Assembly (NCBI RefSeq): GCF_009914755.1
Contig: NC_060928.1
Strand: one strand, 5' to 3'
DNA from: the human T2T-CHM13v2.0 reference genome, Homo sapiens
DNA: 64,000 nt
In this document: positions 27,991-39,911 of the stretch, piece by piece
Layout of the letters: every line of letters starts with the position of its first letter
How positions within the stretch are numbered: position 1 is the first letter of the stretch
Made by a program: the position numbers and the translations under genes
The notes under the pieces: model-generated
The model's input: the letters and a program-made list of their open reading frames with translations, nothing else
Told to the model about the DNA's origin: nothing
Databases searched by the model: none

Positions 27991-28999
27991 TACAGCCGCC
28001 TCTAGGCAGGTGTTGTTATCTCCCCTCAAGACCACCTGGAAGGGTGTAGTCAGCACTCTCATCCTAAAGATTTGCGCCTTTCAGCCATGGGCCACTTTCC
28101 CAGACCTCCCCCAGTGCCCATCAGGAGAGGACCATGTGTGGTCCAGGCTCCAACGTGCTGAGGGTTTCCTCTAAGCAAGAGCATTCTCCTGCCCGGTGAG
28201 AATAGGAATGTCCGATTGGTGGGAGGAGAATAAATCACTCCCCACCTCCAACCTACATTGGCCAGAGCTGGCCCCCGCTCTCTGTTCCCATGGCACTTTA
28301 TATGTGTGCATAGAGAGCCAGGGAGCAGTGGGGTTCAGGGTGGGCCCATGCTATGTGCTGCAGAGCTGGTGGGTCACAGTCTCCCCAGGTGATGGTGGTG
28401 TTAATAATCATCCTAGGCCCGTGGGGTGGGGTGAGGATTGATGCATGAGAAAGTTGAGGCGGGGGCCCTGGCATGGAGCAGGGCTCAGGCCGCTTGTCAC
28501 CCAGGCTCATGTCAGCCCTCCGGAGCCTGTGGGTGTATAGGGGAAGCGCAGGGGTTCTTCAGCCAGAGGGACAGGTTCAGGGCCTGCTGATGCCCCTTGC
28601 TGGTTTTGGGACCTTGAGCAAGTCCCCTTGCCTTTTGGTGCTGTGCCTCGGTTTCTTCTTCTATAAGAAGGAGGTGATGATGTAACCCACCCACCCAGCC
28701 CCTCTACCCCGCGCATCAGGGTAGCAGGCGAGCTAGCACTGTGGCACCAGGAGTGGAGCTGGCCCCTGGCGGGCCCACGCTGGAGAGGCATCGCCATCTC
28801 TGCTGCCCCCCTGTGGCGTCATCATATCAACCTGCCAGTCCCCCTCACCTGGTGTTAATCTCCCAGAGGATGGGGACTGGTTCTGATCACCTCCTGGCTT
28901 CCAAGTGCCTGCCACAGGGCCTGGGACCCCTGATGCCTCAGAGGACGCTGGGCAGACCTGGGGAGGCTTGTGTTCACTACCTGCTGCCATGTGCTGCAC

Positions 29000-29410
29000 T
29001 CTGCCGCCCTGTGGCTCTCTCTCCACTTCTTCAAAGGCCCCTGTGCCGTCTGTCTCCAGGTGTTTGCACCGGCTGGTTTGCAACCCCCTCCACCATCTCT
29101 TCCCTAATTCCTTAAACACTGTCTGTCCTAGGTTCAGCTTCCGAGGCGACTTTTTTGGGGAAGCTTCCAATGACTGTCTAGGTTACTCATGCCTCTCCGT
29201 GGTCCTGTTGCCTGCAATCCCATTTCGGGGCACCTGTCCAGCTGGAGGCTGCTAGTGCTGCTTTTCCTTGCCTTTTGTCTGTGTCCCCACCACGGCGTGA
29301 GTCCATGAGGGCAGGGATCTGGTCGAGTTTGTTCCCTGCCATCTCCCCAGGGCCTAGAACAGTGCCAGGCACATAGGTGCTCAGTAAATATTTAGTGACT
29401 GGAATAAAGG
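29000..29410 (+). mobile_element. L2 3' fragment
   Basis: gagggcagggatctgg...cctagaacagtgccaggcacataggtgctcagtaaatattt. Confidence 0.75.
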
Positions 29411-30344
29411 AACCAACCCTTTTGTGGTGCATTAACTGTCCCTTTCACACATCAGGGGTCCGGCTGGTCCACAGAGATGATGTCCAAGGGATAAGAACTC
29501 CTTGCCTCCATTAAAATGCAACAACCCCTCCAAGAAGAACTGCTGAGCCTTCCCCCGCCGTCTGCCCTCCGTCTTCTGGTTGGACATGGCCAATAGCCTC
29601 TTCTGTTTCCCTGTGGGTACCTTTCCTTCCTCCACATGTGGATACACTACCCTTCGGTCTCCACATCAGACTTTTGCTCCTTGCCTGAGTTAAAGTCCCG
29701 ACCTGCCAAATCCACTGTCTGGCTCTGTTTCCCCTGACAACCTGATAACGAGATTGTCAGCTTGATCCTTCTCGCTCAAAGCTATCCCCTCTCACCCCTT
29801 GCTGTTTGCTAAAAGTCATTAGGAGATTTCTCTGCAGGTCATTACTGTCCTCCTGCCCTGACAGCAGGTACAAAACTTCTGAATGTTGCTCAGGGCTGGC
29901 CCAGGGGCTTCCCCTCTGGGGAGTCCAGCAAACCACCAGCCTGTCCCTGCAGCGCTCCCTCCTGCCGGGTTCACGGCATTTCCAGTGAGCCTCATCACGG
30001 ATCCTTGACATCTCTGAGGCGGGCCCCACTTAGGGAGCTGCACAATTGGAGCTTTGTCACATTTATAAAGATAAATTAAAATATTATCACTAGAGACCGT
30101 CAATAGTTTCGAAAAGCCTGGGACTTTTAATGAGCAAGTGGTATGATTAAAAGTCGGAAACACAAAGTATCTCTTCTTTTTGGATGAGGAGGCTTGCTGT
30201 GGAATGGGGAGGTCAGTGTGGTTCTTGAAGCCAAGAGGCTTAGACTGGGGCTCACCTGGCCCCACCAGGTTTTGGAGTCCTACTATGTGCTGGGCATTTG
30301 CATTTCTTCTCTCATGAATCCTGATGAAAAGCCATGCTATGGGG

Positions 30345-30670
30345 CAGCATGCCCTGCTGGTCGCACATTGGCATCACGTGGGGGAGTTTAGAGAAGATGG
30401 AATAACGGGGCTCCACCCCCACCGAGCCTGAGGCAGAAGTGGACCCAGGAAGCAGGATTTTTCTAAATCTCCTCACATGATTCTGATGAGCAGCCTGGGC
30501 CTGCAGCCGCAGGGTTAGCACAGTGCTTCTCAAACTTAGGGGTGTGCCAGAAGTACATGAGCGCATGTTAAAACAGATGCCTGGGCCCTACCCCAGAGTT
30601 TCTGGTCTGGGTAGGGCCCAGGAATCAGCAGGTCGAATCAGTTCTCATTAAGGTAGATGGTGCTGGTCCC
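30345..30670. mobile_element. Two MER5-like hAT DNA-transposon MITE fragments
   Basis: cagtgcttctcaaactt...aaacagatgcctgggccctaccccagagtttctg; also tgattctgatg...cagcc. Confidence 0.6.
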
Positions 30671-32784
30671 GTTTCTCAGGTAGGCAATTTGAGAAACAGA
30701 GAGGTGAGGGTGAAGCTGAAGGGCCTCGTAGCCAGCACATGGGAGAGGGGGGGCTTTGAATCCTCGAGGTAATTTATTCAATCCCTTTGTGCCTTCATCT
30801 TCTCTATCTTTAACTTGGGGAAAATAATACCTACTTTATATAGGTGTTGTGAAGCTCAGTGAGTCCTTCCAACCAGAACAGTGCCTAGCCCATGGTGGTG
30901 TTCAGTAGCATTTATGATCATTGCTGTCTCTATTACCTAGCAGGATAGTTGAAGGGTGTCCTCCCGGCAGCCTTCCTCCCTCAGCCCCAGACAGCAGCTC
31001 TCCCTTCCCTTAGCTCCAGGCACCTCTGTGGGAGCACCTGTTTCCCTAATGTCACTCTCTGTTCACCTGTGTGCCTCCTCCATCAGGTTGTGAAGTCTCC
31101 AACAGCAGGCACCAGGTATGATTCAGGCTAGAGCCCAGTGCCCAGCCTGGAGCTGGGAGAAGGGAAGGAGACGAGGGAGCAAGGCGGGGCATGCTGAGGG
31201 TCCTCGCGTTGTGAAAAATTATTAGGTTTCTTAGCCCTGGACAGCGTTTACTATTGACCTGATGCACCTGAGTGTCGGATGCTGAGCCCAAGCATCTGCA
31301 TGTGGCCCCGTCAGTCTTGCAGCGCCTGTGGGGTCCTCACAAACAGCGCCTCCATCAGCCACTCACGCCCCCATGCCTTCTGAGCCTTTGGCTTCCTCAG
31401 TGAGTACTGCTGACACCACCTCTGTGGCTTCTGAAGACATCCCGTGTGCTCTTCTTCTATCAGGGCATGTCGGGAGGGGTAAACCAGCTCTCCTTTGCTG
31501 TCTACACTCCCCCATGTCTTTCTCTGGCACTGGAGCCCCTGAGTCCCTGAGTCCCTGATGTGGGTCACTAAGGAGGGTGAGTGCAAGGCAGGTAGGAGGC
31601 ACCTGGGAGTGGCACATGGGTCCCTGCAGGCTTCCCTCCATTCTCTCCTCTGCTGCCTGCCAGCTCCCAGCCACCATGGCCTCTCTCTGGACCTGAGAGG
31701 AGTAGCCTCCTAAGTGGCTTCGTGTGCCTGTCCTCACCGTGGCCAAAATGATGGCTGTAAACATGCTCATAACCTCAGCCGACTGCTTAAAGCACCCCAG
31801 CGACTTTCCATCCGACTGTGAGTACAAATCAAGCCCTGCGTCTGCTCCTCCCTGAACATGCCAGCTCCGGCATCAGGGTCGCCATCCCGGCTCTTCCTGC
31901 AATGCCTGGGTGGGTCCTCGATCCTCAGCTCAATGTCACTTCCTAAGGGAGCAGGGCTTCCCTGACCCCTGAGCACCCCTACCTCTTCTCGGATGGCCGC
32001 ACTGTCCTCTCCTGGGCACTTAGTTCTAGCTGAAATTAGTTTTCCCCACTAGGACAGAGGCTCCTTGTGAGCATGGGAATCTTGTCTGTCTCCCTCATCA
32101 CTGTGTCTGCGTGTCCAGCAGGTGGGGACTGAATGGTCTGGGACAGTCAAAGTGGCTCTGAGCTCAGACCCACAGAAGGGGAGAATCAGCCTTGCTCTTT
32201 CCAATGTCTTGCAGCCTCATTAGGGCAGAGGCAGCAATTGTTCTGGAAAGATCAGTAGTTAGGTGTCAAGCCAACTGCATTCCAGCTCGGAACCCTCCCC
32301 CCAATTTGTTGGGGACTTAACGTGACTGACCAAGTCACTCAGTGACTGAGCCTCCTTTGAGCTGAAGGGTGGTGGTGGTGAGCTCATTTTGCTGCCCTGC
32401 CTGGCTAGGCAGCCCGAGTCTGAGCCCCATAGATGTAAAGTGCCTGAGAGCCCGGAACACACAGATGACAAACGCACCATGGCAAACGCATAGATGACAA
32501 GCAGCTTGAGGTGGTGTAAACAGTGCCACCTTGGGGTTAGAATACCTGGTTTGGAGTCTGGCCTCTGATACACACTGACCAGGTGACCTTGTGTAGTCAA
32601 GGAATGTCTCTGGGTCTGTTTCCTCCTCTGTAAAATGGGGACAGTGACACCTGCTCCAGCCTGGTCGTGAGAATGAGATATGATGGCCTGAAACAGCAGC
32701 CCCCAGAGCAGAGTCCCCGTTGTCCTCTCAAGCCCCGGGGAAAGTGCCCAGCACCGTAAGTGCTTGATAACTGACACTGTCAAG

Positions 32785-33200
32785 TTTCTCCTTCCTTCCT
32801 TCCTTCCCTTCTCTCTCTCTTTCTTCCTTTCTCGCTTTCTCTTTCTCTCTCTTTCTTTCTGTCTCTTTTCTCTCTTTCTCCCCTTCCTTTCTCCCTCCCT
32901 TCCTTTCCTTCTCCCTTCTTTCCTTTCCCTCCCTCTCTCCCTCCCTTCCTTCCTTCCCCTTCCACCCTCCCATCCTTCCTTCCCTCCTTCCTTCCTTCCT
33001 CTCTTTGTCTTTCTCGCTTTCTTTCTCTTTCTTTCTCACTTTCTCTCTCTCTCTCTTCCTCTTTCTTTCTCTTTTCTGTCTTTCTCCCCTTCCTTCCTTT
33101 CTTTCTCCCTTCCTTCCTGTCCTTCTTTTCCTTCCTTCCCTCCCTACCTCCCTCTCCTTCCTTCATTCCTTCCTTCTTTCCTTCTTTCTTTCTTTCTCCC
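32785..33200. repeat. About 415-bp polypyrimidine tract (expanded Alu tail)
   Basis: Nearly pure C/T on the + strand. Confidence 0.95.
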
Positions 33201-33450
33201 ACACTGGAGTGCTGCGGCATGATCTCGGCTCACCGCAGCCTTGACCTCCTGGGCTCAAGCGATCCTTTAACCTCAGCTTCCCAAGTAGTTTGGACCACAC
33301 CCAGCTAATATTTTAAATATATATATATTTTAATAGAGATGGGGTCTCACTACATTACCCAGGCTGGTCTCTGACTCCTAGCCTCAAGCATTCCTCCCAA
33401 CTTGGCCGCCCACAGTGTTGGGATTACAGTGTGAGCCACTGCACCTGGCC
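33198..33450 (-). mobile_element. AluJ
   Basis: Antisense Alu; aagtttct repeat flanks tract plus Alu. Confidence 0.88.
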
Positions 33451-35002
33451 AAGTTTCTTGAGGATAGTACTTGGAGGCCTTCTTTATTTAAAACAAAACA
33501 AAACCAGTTAACACTGAGAGAGACCGCAGAGATTGTGCAGCCTCTTCTTTTACAGTTGGCAAAATGGAGGCTCGGGAGTTTGGGGAAGGCCCTGTGATGG
33601 TTCCTGTCTAAGCTGGGAGGAACCGAACCATCTCATTTCTAACTCCATGTTCAGTGATCTCCTGCCAGCCACGGTCTGCAGCCCTCTTTTGGTCCCCCAC
33701 TTTTCCTCATCTCCCCTCCCCTCCACCCTTCACTGACCCCACTCTGTTCTTCTCTGCTTCCTGTGTGAGACCAGATGTTCCCACAGCTGCAGAGTCCTCC
33801 CTTCCCTCTTCCCATTGGGTTTGAAGCTGACAGGTTCAGGATTTACATGGTGGGGTGAGAGGGGACGGCACATTCGGAGTGTGGGGCCTTCTTAGGCATC
33901 TGGCCAGACCTCCTCCTCCCCAAGTCCCAGCGCTGGGTACAGCGTGAATGCAGGTAGCCTGTGCCCAGTGCTTTGGGATATGATTTCCTGGGGAGGGAGC
34001 TGGGTGCTCCAATTCTCTGGGAGCCAGAGGGAACCCCCAATTCTCCATCTTTCCCAAATGTTCGAGGCCTTGCCCCTCTGCCCCAGTAGGCTCTCTCTGG
34101 AGCCAAGGGACCCAGCTGGGAGGTGGGGTATGACTGGGACCCCGGCCCAAGGGCTCCTATCTGGCGCGGGGCCTCTGGGGGAAGGCCATGGGCAGGGTGG
34201 CCCTGGCCTGGCAGAGGCTCTGACCCTGGCCTTGCCTCGGGAAGCGCCTGCCGTGCTTGTTCCTGGAGGCCCGTCTGACACTCAGGGTGGCTGCTCTGTG
34301 AAGTCATTTTTATCGCTACTGAACTAAAGTGGCCACGAGACCTTGGGTGGGGACTTGCTGTGCTCCGAGCCTCAGTTTCCACATTCCTCACTGCGCCTGC
34401 CAGGTCCCTAGGACCTCACCCCCTGCCCCCTCCCCACGCCTCCCCACACAGGAGCTTGTCCTGTTCAGGGTAGCTCCCTCGTGGCCCCTGGGTTGGGAGA
34501 TGAAGCCACTGCACGTCCCGATGTCTGAGCCAGAGGCCTGGCAGTCCTTGGGGCAGTTCTGCTGAGGACACCTTAGGGGCCTCTGCACTGCACCCCCCCA
34601 CCCCGCTCCGGCCGCCTAGCAGGCCTCCCCAGGGACCTTCACGGGCTTCACCCCCTCTCCACTGCCACCTCTTCGGAGGCCCCTTGAGGAGAACCCTTTA
34701 TAATCTGCGCCGGGAGCCCTGGTTCTAGCTCAGAGTTCTTTTGCCTATATATGTGTCCTCCTGGGTTGGTCTGTCTCCCTCAGGCTGTCAGCTCCCGGAC
34801 AGGGACCTGGCTGTTCCCAGCGGGAGCCCAGAGCCCCAGAACCGTGGCTGGACCTGGAGAGAGGGAGGGAGGACGGGAAGAGGTGGGAGAGCCGGGAAGG
34901 AAGACCGGAGGAACCACCGAGCTGGGAAGGGGATCCTGGCCTGGAGGTGGGGCCGCGCTCGGGTACGCCGGGCTTCCCACGAGCGCCTGGGCGGCGGGCC
35001 GG

Positions 35003-35016
35003 CCGGCAGGTGGCGG
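35003..35016 (+). promoter_or_regulatory. Candidate CTCF site
   Basis: CCGGCAGGTGGCGG fits the core consensus CCRSYAGRKGGCRS, about 185 nt upstream of the ATG. Motif only. Confidence 0.5.
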
Positions 35017-35199
35017 TGCGCGCTCGGCGTCGCGGGTGGCGCCGGGGCCGCCGAGTCCCCTCCTCCCGCCGCTCCCTCCCCTCGCCGGCTCCTTTCTCTG
35101 CGCTCTCGCTCGCGCTCCCCAGCGCCCTCCTGCTCTCCCGGCCGCGGTCCCCTCGTCCGCGCCGCCCCGCCGCCGGCTCCGCTGCCGCCCCTGGCGACC

Positions 35200-35679
35200 A
35201 TGGCGCACCGGGGGCCCTCGCGCGCCTCGAAGGGCCCCGGCCCCACCGCCCGAGCCCCGAGCCCCGGGGCTCCGCCGCCGCCGCGCTCGCCGCGCTCGCG
35301 GCCGCTCCTGCTGCTGCTGCTGCTGCTGGGCGCCTGCGGGGCGGCGGGGCGCTCCCCTGAGCCCGGGCGCCTGGGTCCTCACGCCCAACTGACCCGGGTG
35401 CCGCGGAGCCCTCCCGCGGGGCGCGCGGAGCCCGGTGGCGGCGAGGACCGGCAGGCGCGCGGCACGGAGCCAGGCGCCCCGGGTCCGAGTCCCGGTCCCG
35501 CTCCTGGTCCCGGCGAGGACGGCGCCCCCGCCGCGGGCTACCGGCGCTGGGAGCGGGCGGCGCCGCTGGCCGGAGTGGCTTCGCGGGCGCAGGTCTCGCT
35601 CATCAGCACGTCGTTCGTGCTCAAGGGGGACGCGACGCACAACCAGGCGATGGTGCACTGGACGGGCGAGAACAGCAGC
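35200..35679 (+). CDS. SORCS2: SORCS2 coding exon 1 (aa 1-160: signal peptide, propeptide, start of VPS10 domain)
   Basis: Translation [12 protein letters not shown]...[16 protein letters not shown]...[28 protein letters not shown] matches the human SORCS2 N-terminus as I recall it. Strong Kozak gcgaccATGg. Canonical donor AGC|gtaagt after 480 nt. RxxR convertase-type motifs RVPR(66-69), RQAR(84-87), RWER(116-119). Sequon N158-S-S. Confidence 0.97.
35308..35328 (+). repeat. (CTG)7 coding repeat (poly-Leu of signal peptide)
   Basis: ctc(ctg)7 encodes L36-L43. Confidence 0.95.
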
Positions 35680-38600
35680 GTAAGTGACCTCCACGCGCTC
35701 GCCGCGGCCCCTACCCGGGACACCGCGGGACACCCGGGCGGGACCGCCACGGCCCCCACCCCAGATCCCCACTATGGTCATCAGGGGCGGGTTCTTGGCG
35801 ACTTGGGCACTTGGGTCACCTCGGCCGCGCCCCTACTGGCCTCTGGTCACTGGTTACTTGGGGAGAGGTCCTCAGATTCGTACGCTTGTCTCACCGCAGG
35901 GGACATTCCCGCAGATTTCGGGATCCTGGGCCACCTCCGATACTCCCCCACTGGCCTCCAGGTCTTGGGTTACGGAGGAGGACCCCAGAACCTTCGGAAG
36001 CCTGCAGGTCCTTGAGGGTACCCCAGCTCGGCGTTACCTCCCCTGCCCCCAGACTCCACCAGCTGAGCGTCGCGTTCTGGGATTTTGGGCTCCGGGATCC
36101 TTCCCTCCCTGGTCTACCAGGGACTCCGCGGTGGCGCCTCCGCAGGCTCCGGGACTTCCCCGGTCAGCTCGAATCCTGTTCTGGGACTCTGGGATTTCTG
36201 GGTTACCCCTCTCCCCGGGGTACTCTAGTGCGACCCGCGGCTGTCTTGAGCTCTTGCTGCCGGTCGCCCCGCCTGGATGCACTGGGACCCGCGTACCCCC
36301 TTGGGTTCATACCCACACTGTGCTGGAGACCTGTGTGGCGCTGGCACAGCAAACTCCCTGCCCTCCCCCCACCTTCCCGGCTACTCTGGCTTTGCTCCAG
36401 CTGGAAGTTTGCCACCTCTGTTGGGGACCTCCTGTTCCTCCACCCACAGCCTGGGGCTCCCACCCTTCCCAAATCCTGCCTCCTCTGGCCTTTGGTGGTG
36501 CATGCAGGAGGCAGAGGGTCCCTTTAGATTATTCCCCTGGGGGCTGCCTCAACCTCACTCCCCACTTCCCCCCACCCCCACAAAAGGGCCAAGGGCCACT
36601 CTGAAGTCACCCTGGGGCAGCCCCTGGTGGGGCTCTAGTTTTGCAGGTTCCAGAGAAGGATTGGGATAGGGAGGTGGCAGCCATGAATCCCCAGAGGAGG
36701 GTACATTTGTATGGGGAGGGGAGATGGAAGCCTCCCCTCATTTCTGTGCCTTGCTGTCTCCTGGGGTCCCCTAGGAGACCTCTTCTCGCTTCCCAAAGGG
36801 CCAGGGTTCCTATATGCACTGGCAGTGGCATGGGTGGGGAGCACTGGCCTCTGGAGCCAGGAAAGGGCATAATCTGGGTGGTCACTTGTGCCCATCTCCT
36901 CTGTCCAGCTTTGCTGGGCTACTCCCAGCCAGCTGTGATTTGTGCTGGAGGAGGGATGAGGTGGGCAGATGAATATGTTGGGGCAGGGGTAGGGGCAGCA
37001 CTGAATGAATTTAGTCGGCCTAGAGCCCAGCTCCCCAACCAGCCAGCATCTATCAGGGTACAGGTGCCAAGTGTCTGGTCTTGGGTCATTCCTGGCATCT
37101 CCAGCCTGACTAGCAGCCCTTGGAGGGGAGAGCTGGCTCCCTGGGTGCAGTGGGCCAGCAGGGGGCAGTCAGGGTGCCGGCTGGGGTGCCTTGCAGAGGT
37201 GGCAGGTGCCACCTCCCTAGAAGAGCCCTAGAAGAGTTCTCTCCATCTGCACCTTGAGAGAGGGGTCAGATGCCAGGTACTTGTGAACAAACGGTGTGTG
37301 CTCTACCATAAGCTCTAACTCAGGTGGAAAGGCAACCCAGAAACTGAGAGCTCAAAGGACCACATAAATACAAAAAGCAAATCCCGCAGGGCCAGAAAGC
37401 TCTAATCCCCTACCCCATCTGCCGAGGTGGTTGATCCTGAAGCTTGCTCCTGCCCCTTTGTCATTTAGCTTCCTGGGGAGGGGGTAGAGGAGCCCCATGT
37501 GAGGGGATAGGCTGACATCCAGCCTGCCCCTGTCCTGACCTCACAGTCTGGGTGCAGGGCAGCTTCCTGGGAGAGAGTTGAGGAGGGAGCTTGGGCCAGC
37601 AGGGATGGGGCACTGGGGGTGGGGGGCTGTCAGAGGAGCCCATGTGGCTTTGCTCCTTGAGGGCGGCAGCTGGGTTGGGTGACTCCTCTGTGACTGGGTG
37701 GGCTTGCGTCCTCACTGCTGGCAGGTGTGTGTGTGTGTGTGTGTTGTGGGGGGAGGGTTGTGGGTGGGGGCCAATGTTGGCTTCTCTTTAGTGAGGACAG
37801 CAAGTCCAAGGAACCAGAGAGGAGCTTTAAGGGATGGATGTCCTCTGGTCAGCATGAGGCGAGGGGCAGGGGTGAGGTGTGGCACACCGGGCATAGCCTG
37901 ACACTTAGCAAACACTCGGGGAGTAGAAGCCAGGACACCCTCATTGTGAGTAGTGGGTGTGGGTGTCCGTGGGGTCAGATGCTGGACCAGGCATTGGGCT
38001 TCAACACCTTCCACTCCTGCCTCTCTCACACACCCATTCTCTGGACTGGGCAGTCAGGGAAGACCTGATCATCCTGAACCTCAGGGAGCAGGCGAGGCTG
38101 CAGGAGTTTGACCTTGCCTGAGAAAACTCAGAAGAGGCAAGAAGGCTGTTATCTTGAGCTAACTAAGTAAAACTGCTTTAAAAGAAAAAATCATTGCCTT
38201 AGTGCTTGTTGCGTGCGTAGTATTGTTTTCTCAGCACACGCCGTGTCTTAGAAATGTACTCTGCTCCCTCTAGTCTCATCTTGCAACCACAGGACTAAAG
38301 ATTTCAGCCAGGATTTGGCAGTGGGTTTCACGTCTGCTTGAAAGCACCATCTTTGAAAGCTACAACCAGACAGAAACTCACACGGCTGGTTTGCTGAGCA
38401 GTCTTCTTAACGTTTTCTTTCCTCAACTTGCTTGCCGCCCTCTGCAGATGTGGTCAACATGAACAGAGAGCGTGTTTACTTTACCATATCAGGTGTTCTT
38501 CAAAATTAAAAGGAGCATTTGATGAGGGAGATGGACTTTAAAACATGGCTTTTGAGAGCATCCCACAAGAAGCAGTCCCAGGATTTAAGCCCTCATTGCT

Positions 38601-39524
38601 ACAGCTCCGTTTAACATTATGTGGGTTTTCCTTCCAACGGCTTGGTTCTGCCTGCTCCCATGGAGATAGAGAAGGGGACTTGCTTGGAAGTTCAAACACC
38701 GCCTCCCTGTCTGACGTTTAGCTGTAGAAACAAATTGTTATGTGTGAAATTAATGTTTCATTGAAACCAAGAGGTATTGCGTTTTTATGGATCTAGAGTG
38801 GGCTGTGCACACACAGCTCTGGGTTTTGCATCTCCGGAGCTGCCCTTGGAGGCAGCGGTGCTATTTGAAGGTGGATAAATATTACAGAGTGTGGCTCTCA
38901 GCCTCTGGGGTTGCGGTTTCATGTTATTCCTATGGGGAATGTGCTGTGCCCCGTCCTGTTCTTAATGTTTCTGGGAAATCGTGGGCTTATTGTGCTTATT
39001 TTAAGCACAGCTCACCTGGGCTCCTTCCCACAAGGCACTTGATCCTCAACTTTGAAGCTGAATGTATCATTTGACTTGAACGTGAGCTTCCTGCAGCCTG
39101 GTCCAGTTTGTTCACCTCTGTCATTGTTCCCCGAGAAGATCAGCACCTCCCTCCCCTGCCCTCCCTTCCCCTCCCCTCCCCCTTCCCTCTCCCTCCCCTC
39201 CCTCTGCCCATTTTCCAAATCTGCTCTGTGCTGCGCCTACATGGTTAGTGGTATCCAAGGCAGTTGAATGCAGAGGTGATTCTGAGCAGACTACCCACAC
39301 TCTCTGTTCTGCAATCTTGATGAACCCGATATTTGTGTATATTTTATACCCAGAGAGCTAGAGCTACACATCAGAAGAGCTTCTGAAACTTGTTTCTCTG
39401 AGTTAAGAGGTCAAGAACTAATGGTATGTGGCAGCTTCTACTATACTACCCATGGCCTCTCCCCAAGTTTGCGTGAGAATTCCATCATGACATCTGCCAG
39501 GTGTCGAGTTCCTGGAGGGCAGGT

Positions 39525-39911
39525 GAATTCTCTTTCTAGGGCTGCCAGGGCAAAGTGCCACAGACTATGTGGCTGAAGCAACAGAAATGTATTTTCTTGC
39601 AGTCCTGGAAGCTGGAAGTCAGAGATCAAGGTATTGTCCAGGTTGATTCCTTCTGCGGCCTCTCTCCTGGGCTCGCAGATGCCACCTTCTCCCATGTCTC
39701 CACATGGTCTTCCCTCTGTGTGTGTCTGTGTCCTCATCTCCATTTCTTGTAAGGGCACCAGTCATATTGGATCAGGGCTTATTCTAACCACCTCATTTTA
39801 ACTTAGTTACCTCTTTAAAGGCCCTGCTTCCAAATACAGTCACATTTTGAAGTGCTAAGGACTTCAACTTATGGATTTTGGTGGGGGGACACAGTTCAGA
39901 CCCTAATAGCA
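39525..39911 (-). mobile_element. MLT1B-like MaLR LTR
   Basis: caacagaaatgtatttt...ccaaatacagtcacatt...gggacacagttcagaccctaatagca. Confidence 0.8.

Larger units (their letters stand above)
34930..36300. promoter_or_regulatory. SORCS2: CpG island / SORCS2 promoter and 5' UTR
   Basis: Very high GC and CpG density across the ATG and donor, GC-box-like runs, no convincing TATA box. Boundaries estimated by eye. Confidence 0.9.

Noticed and set aside
22841-33244. Low-complexity ORFs (YIYI/THTH, HPSI/WMDG, KEGR/FLPS)
   Set aside because: These are translations of microsatellites and the polypyrimidine tract.
34697-34751. TATA-like TTTATAAT / TATATA upstream of SORCS2
   Set aside because: About 450-500 nt from the ATG, outside the CpG island core and within L2-like decayed sequence (gtctgtctcc...cagggacc).
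34780-35781. 333-aa antisense ORF with poly-Gln, and other overlapping ORFs (34751-35392, 35684-36604, 35811-36527)
   Set aside because: Shadow frames of a stop-poor CpG island. They are low-complexity R/G/P/A with no recognisable domain, and the poly-Q is the complement of the Leu codons.
34741-36015. 424-aa ORF as a single-exon protein
   Set aside because: It starts at TTG. The real ATG is at 35200 and the canonical donor at 35680 ends the exon.
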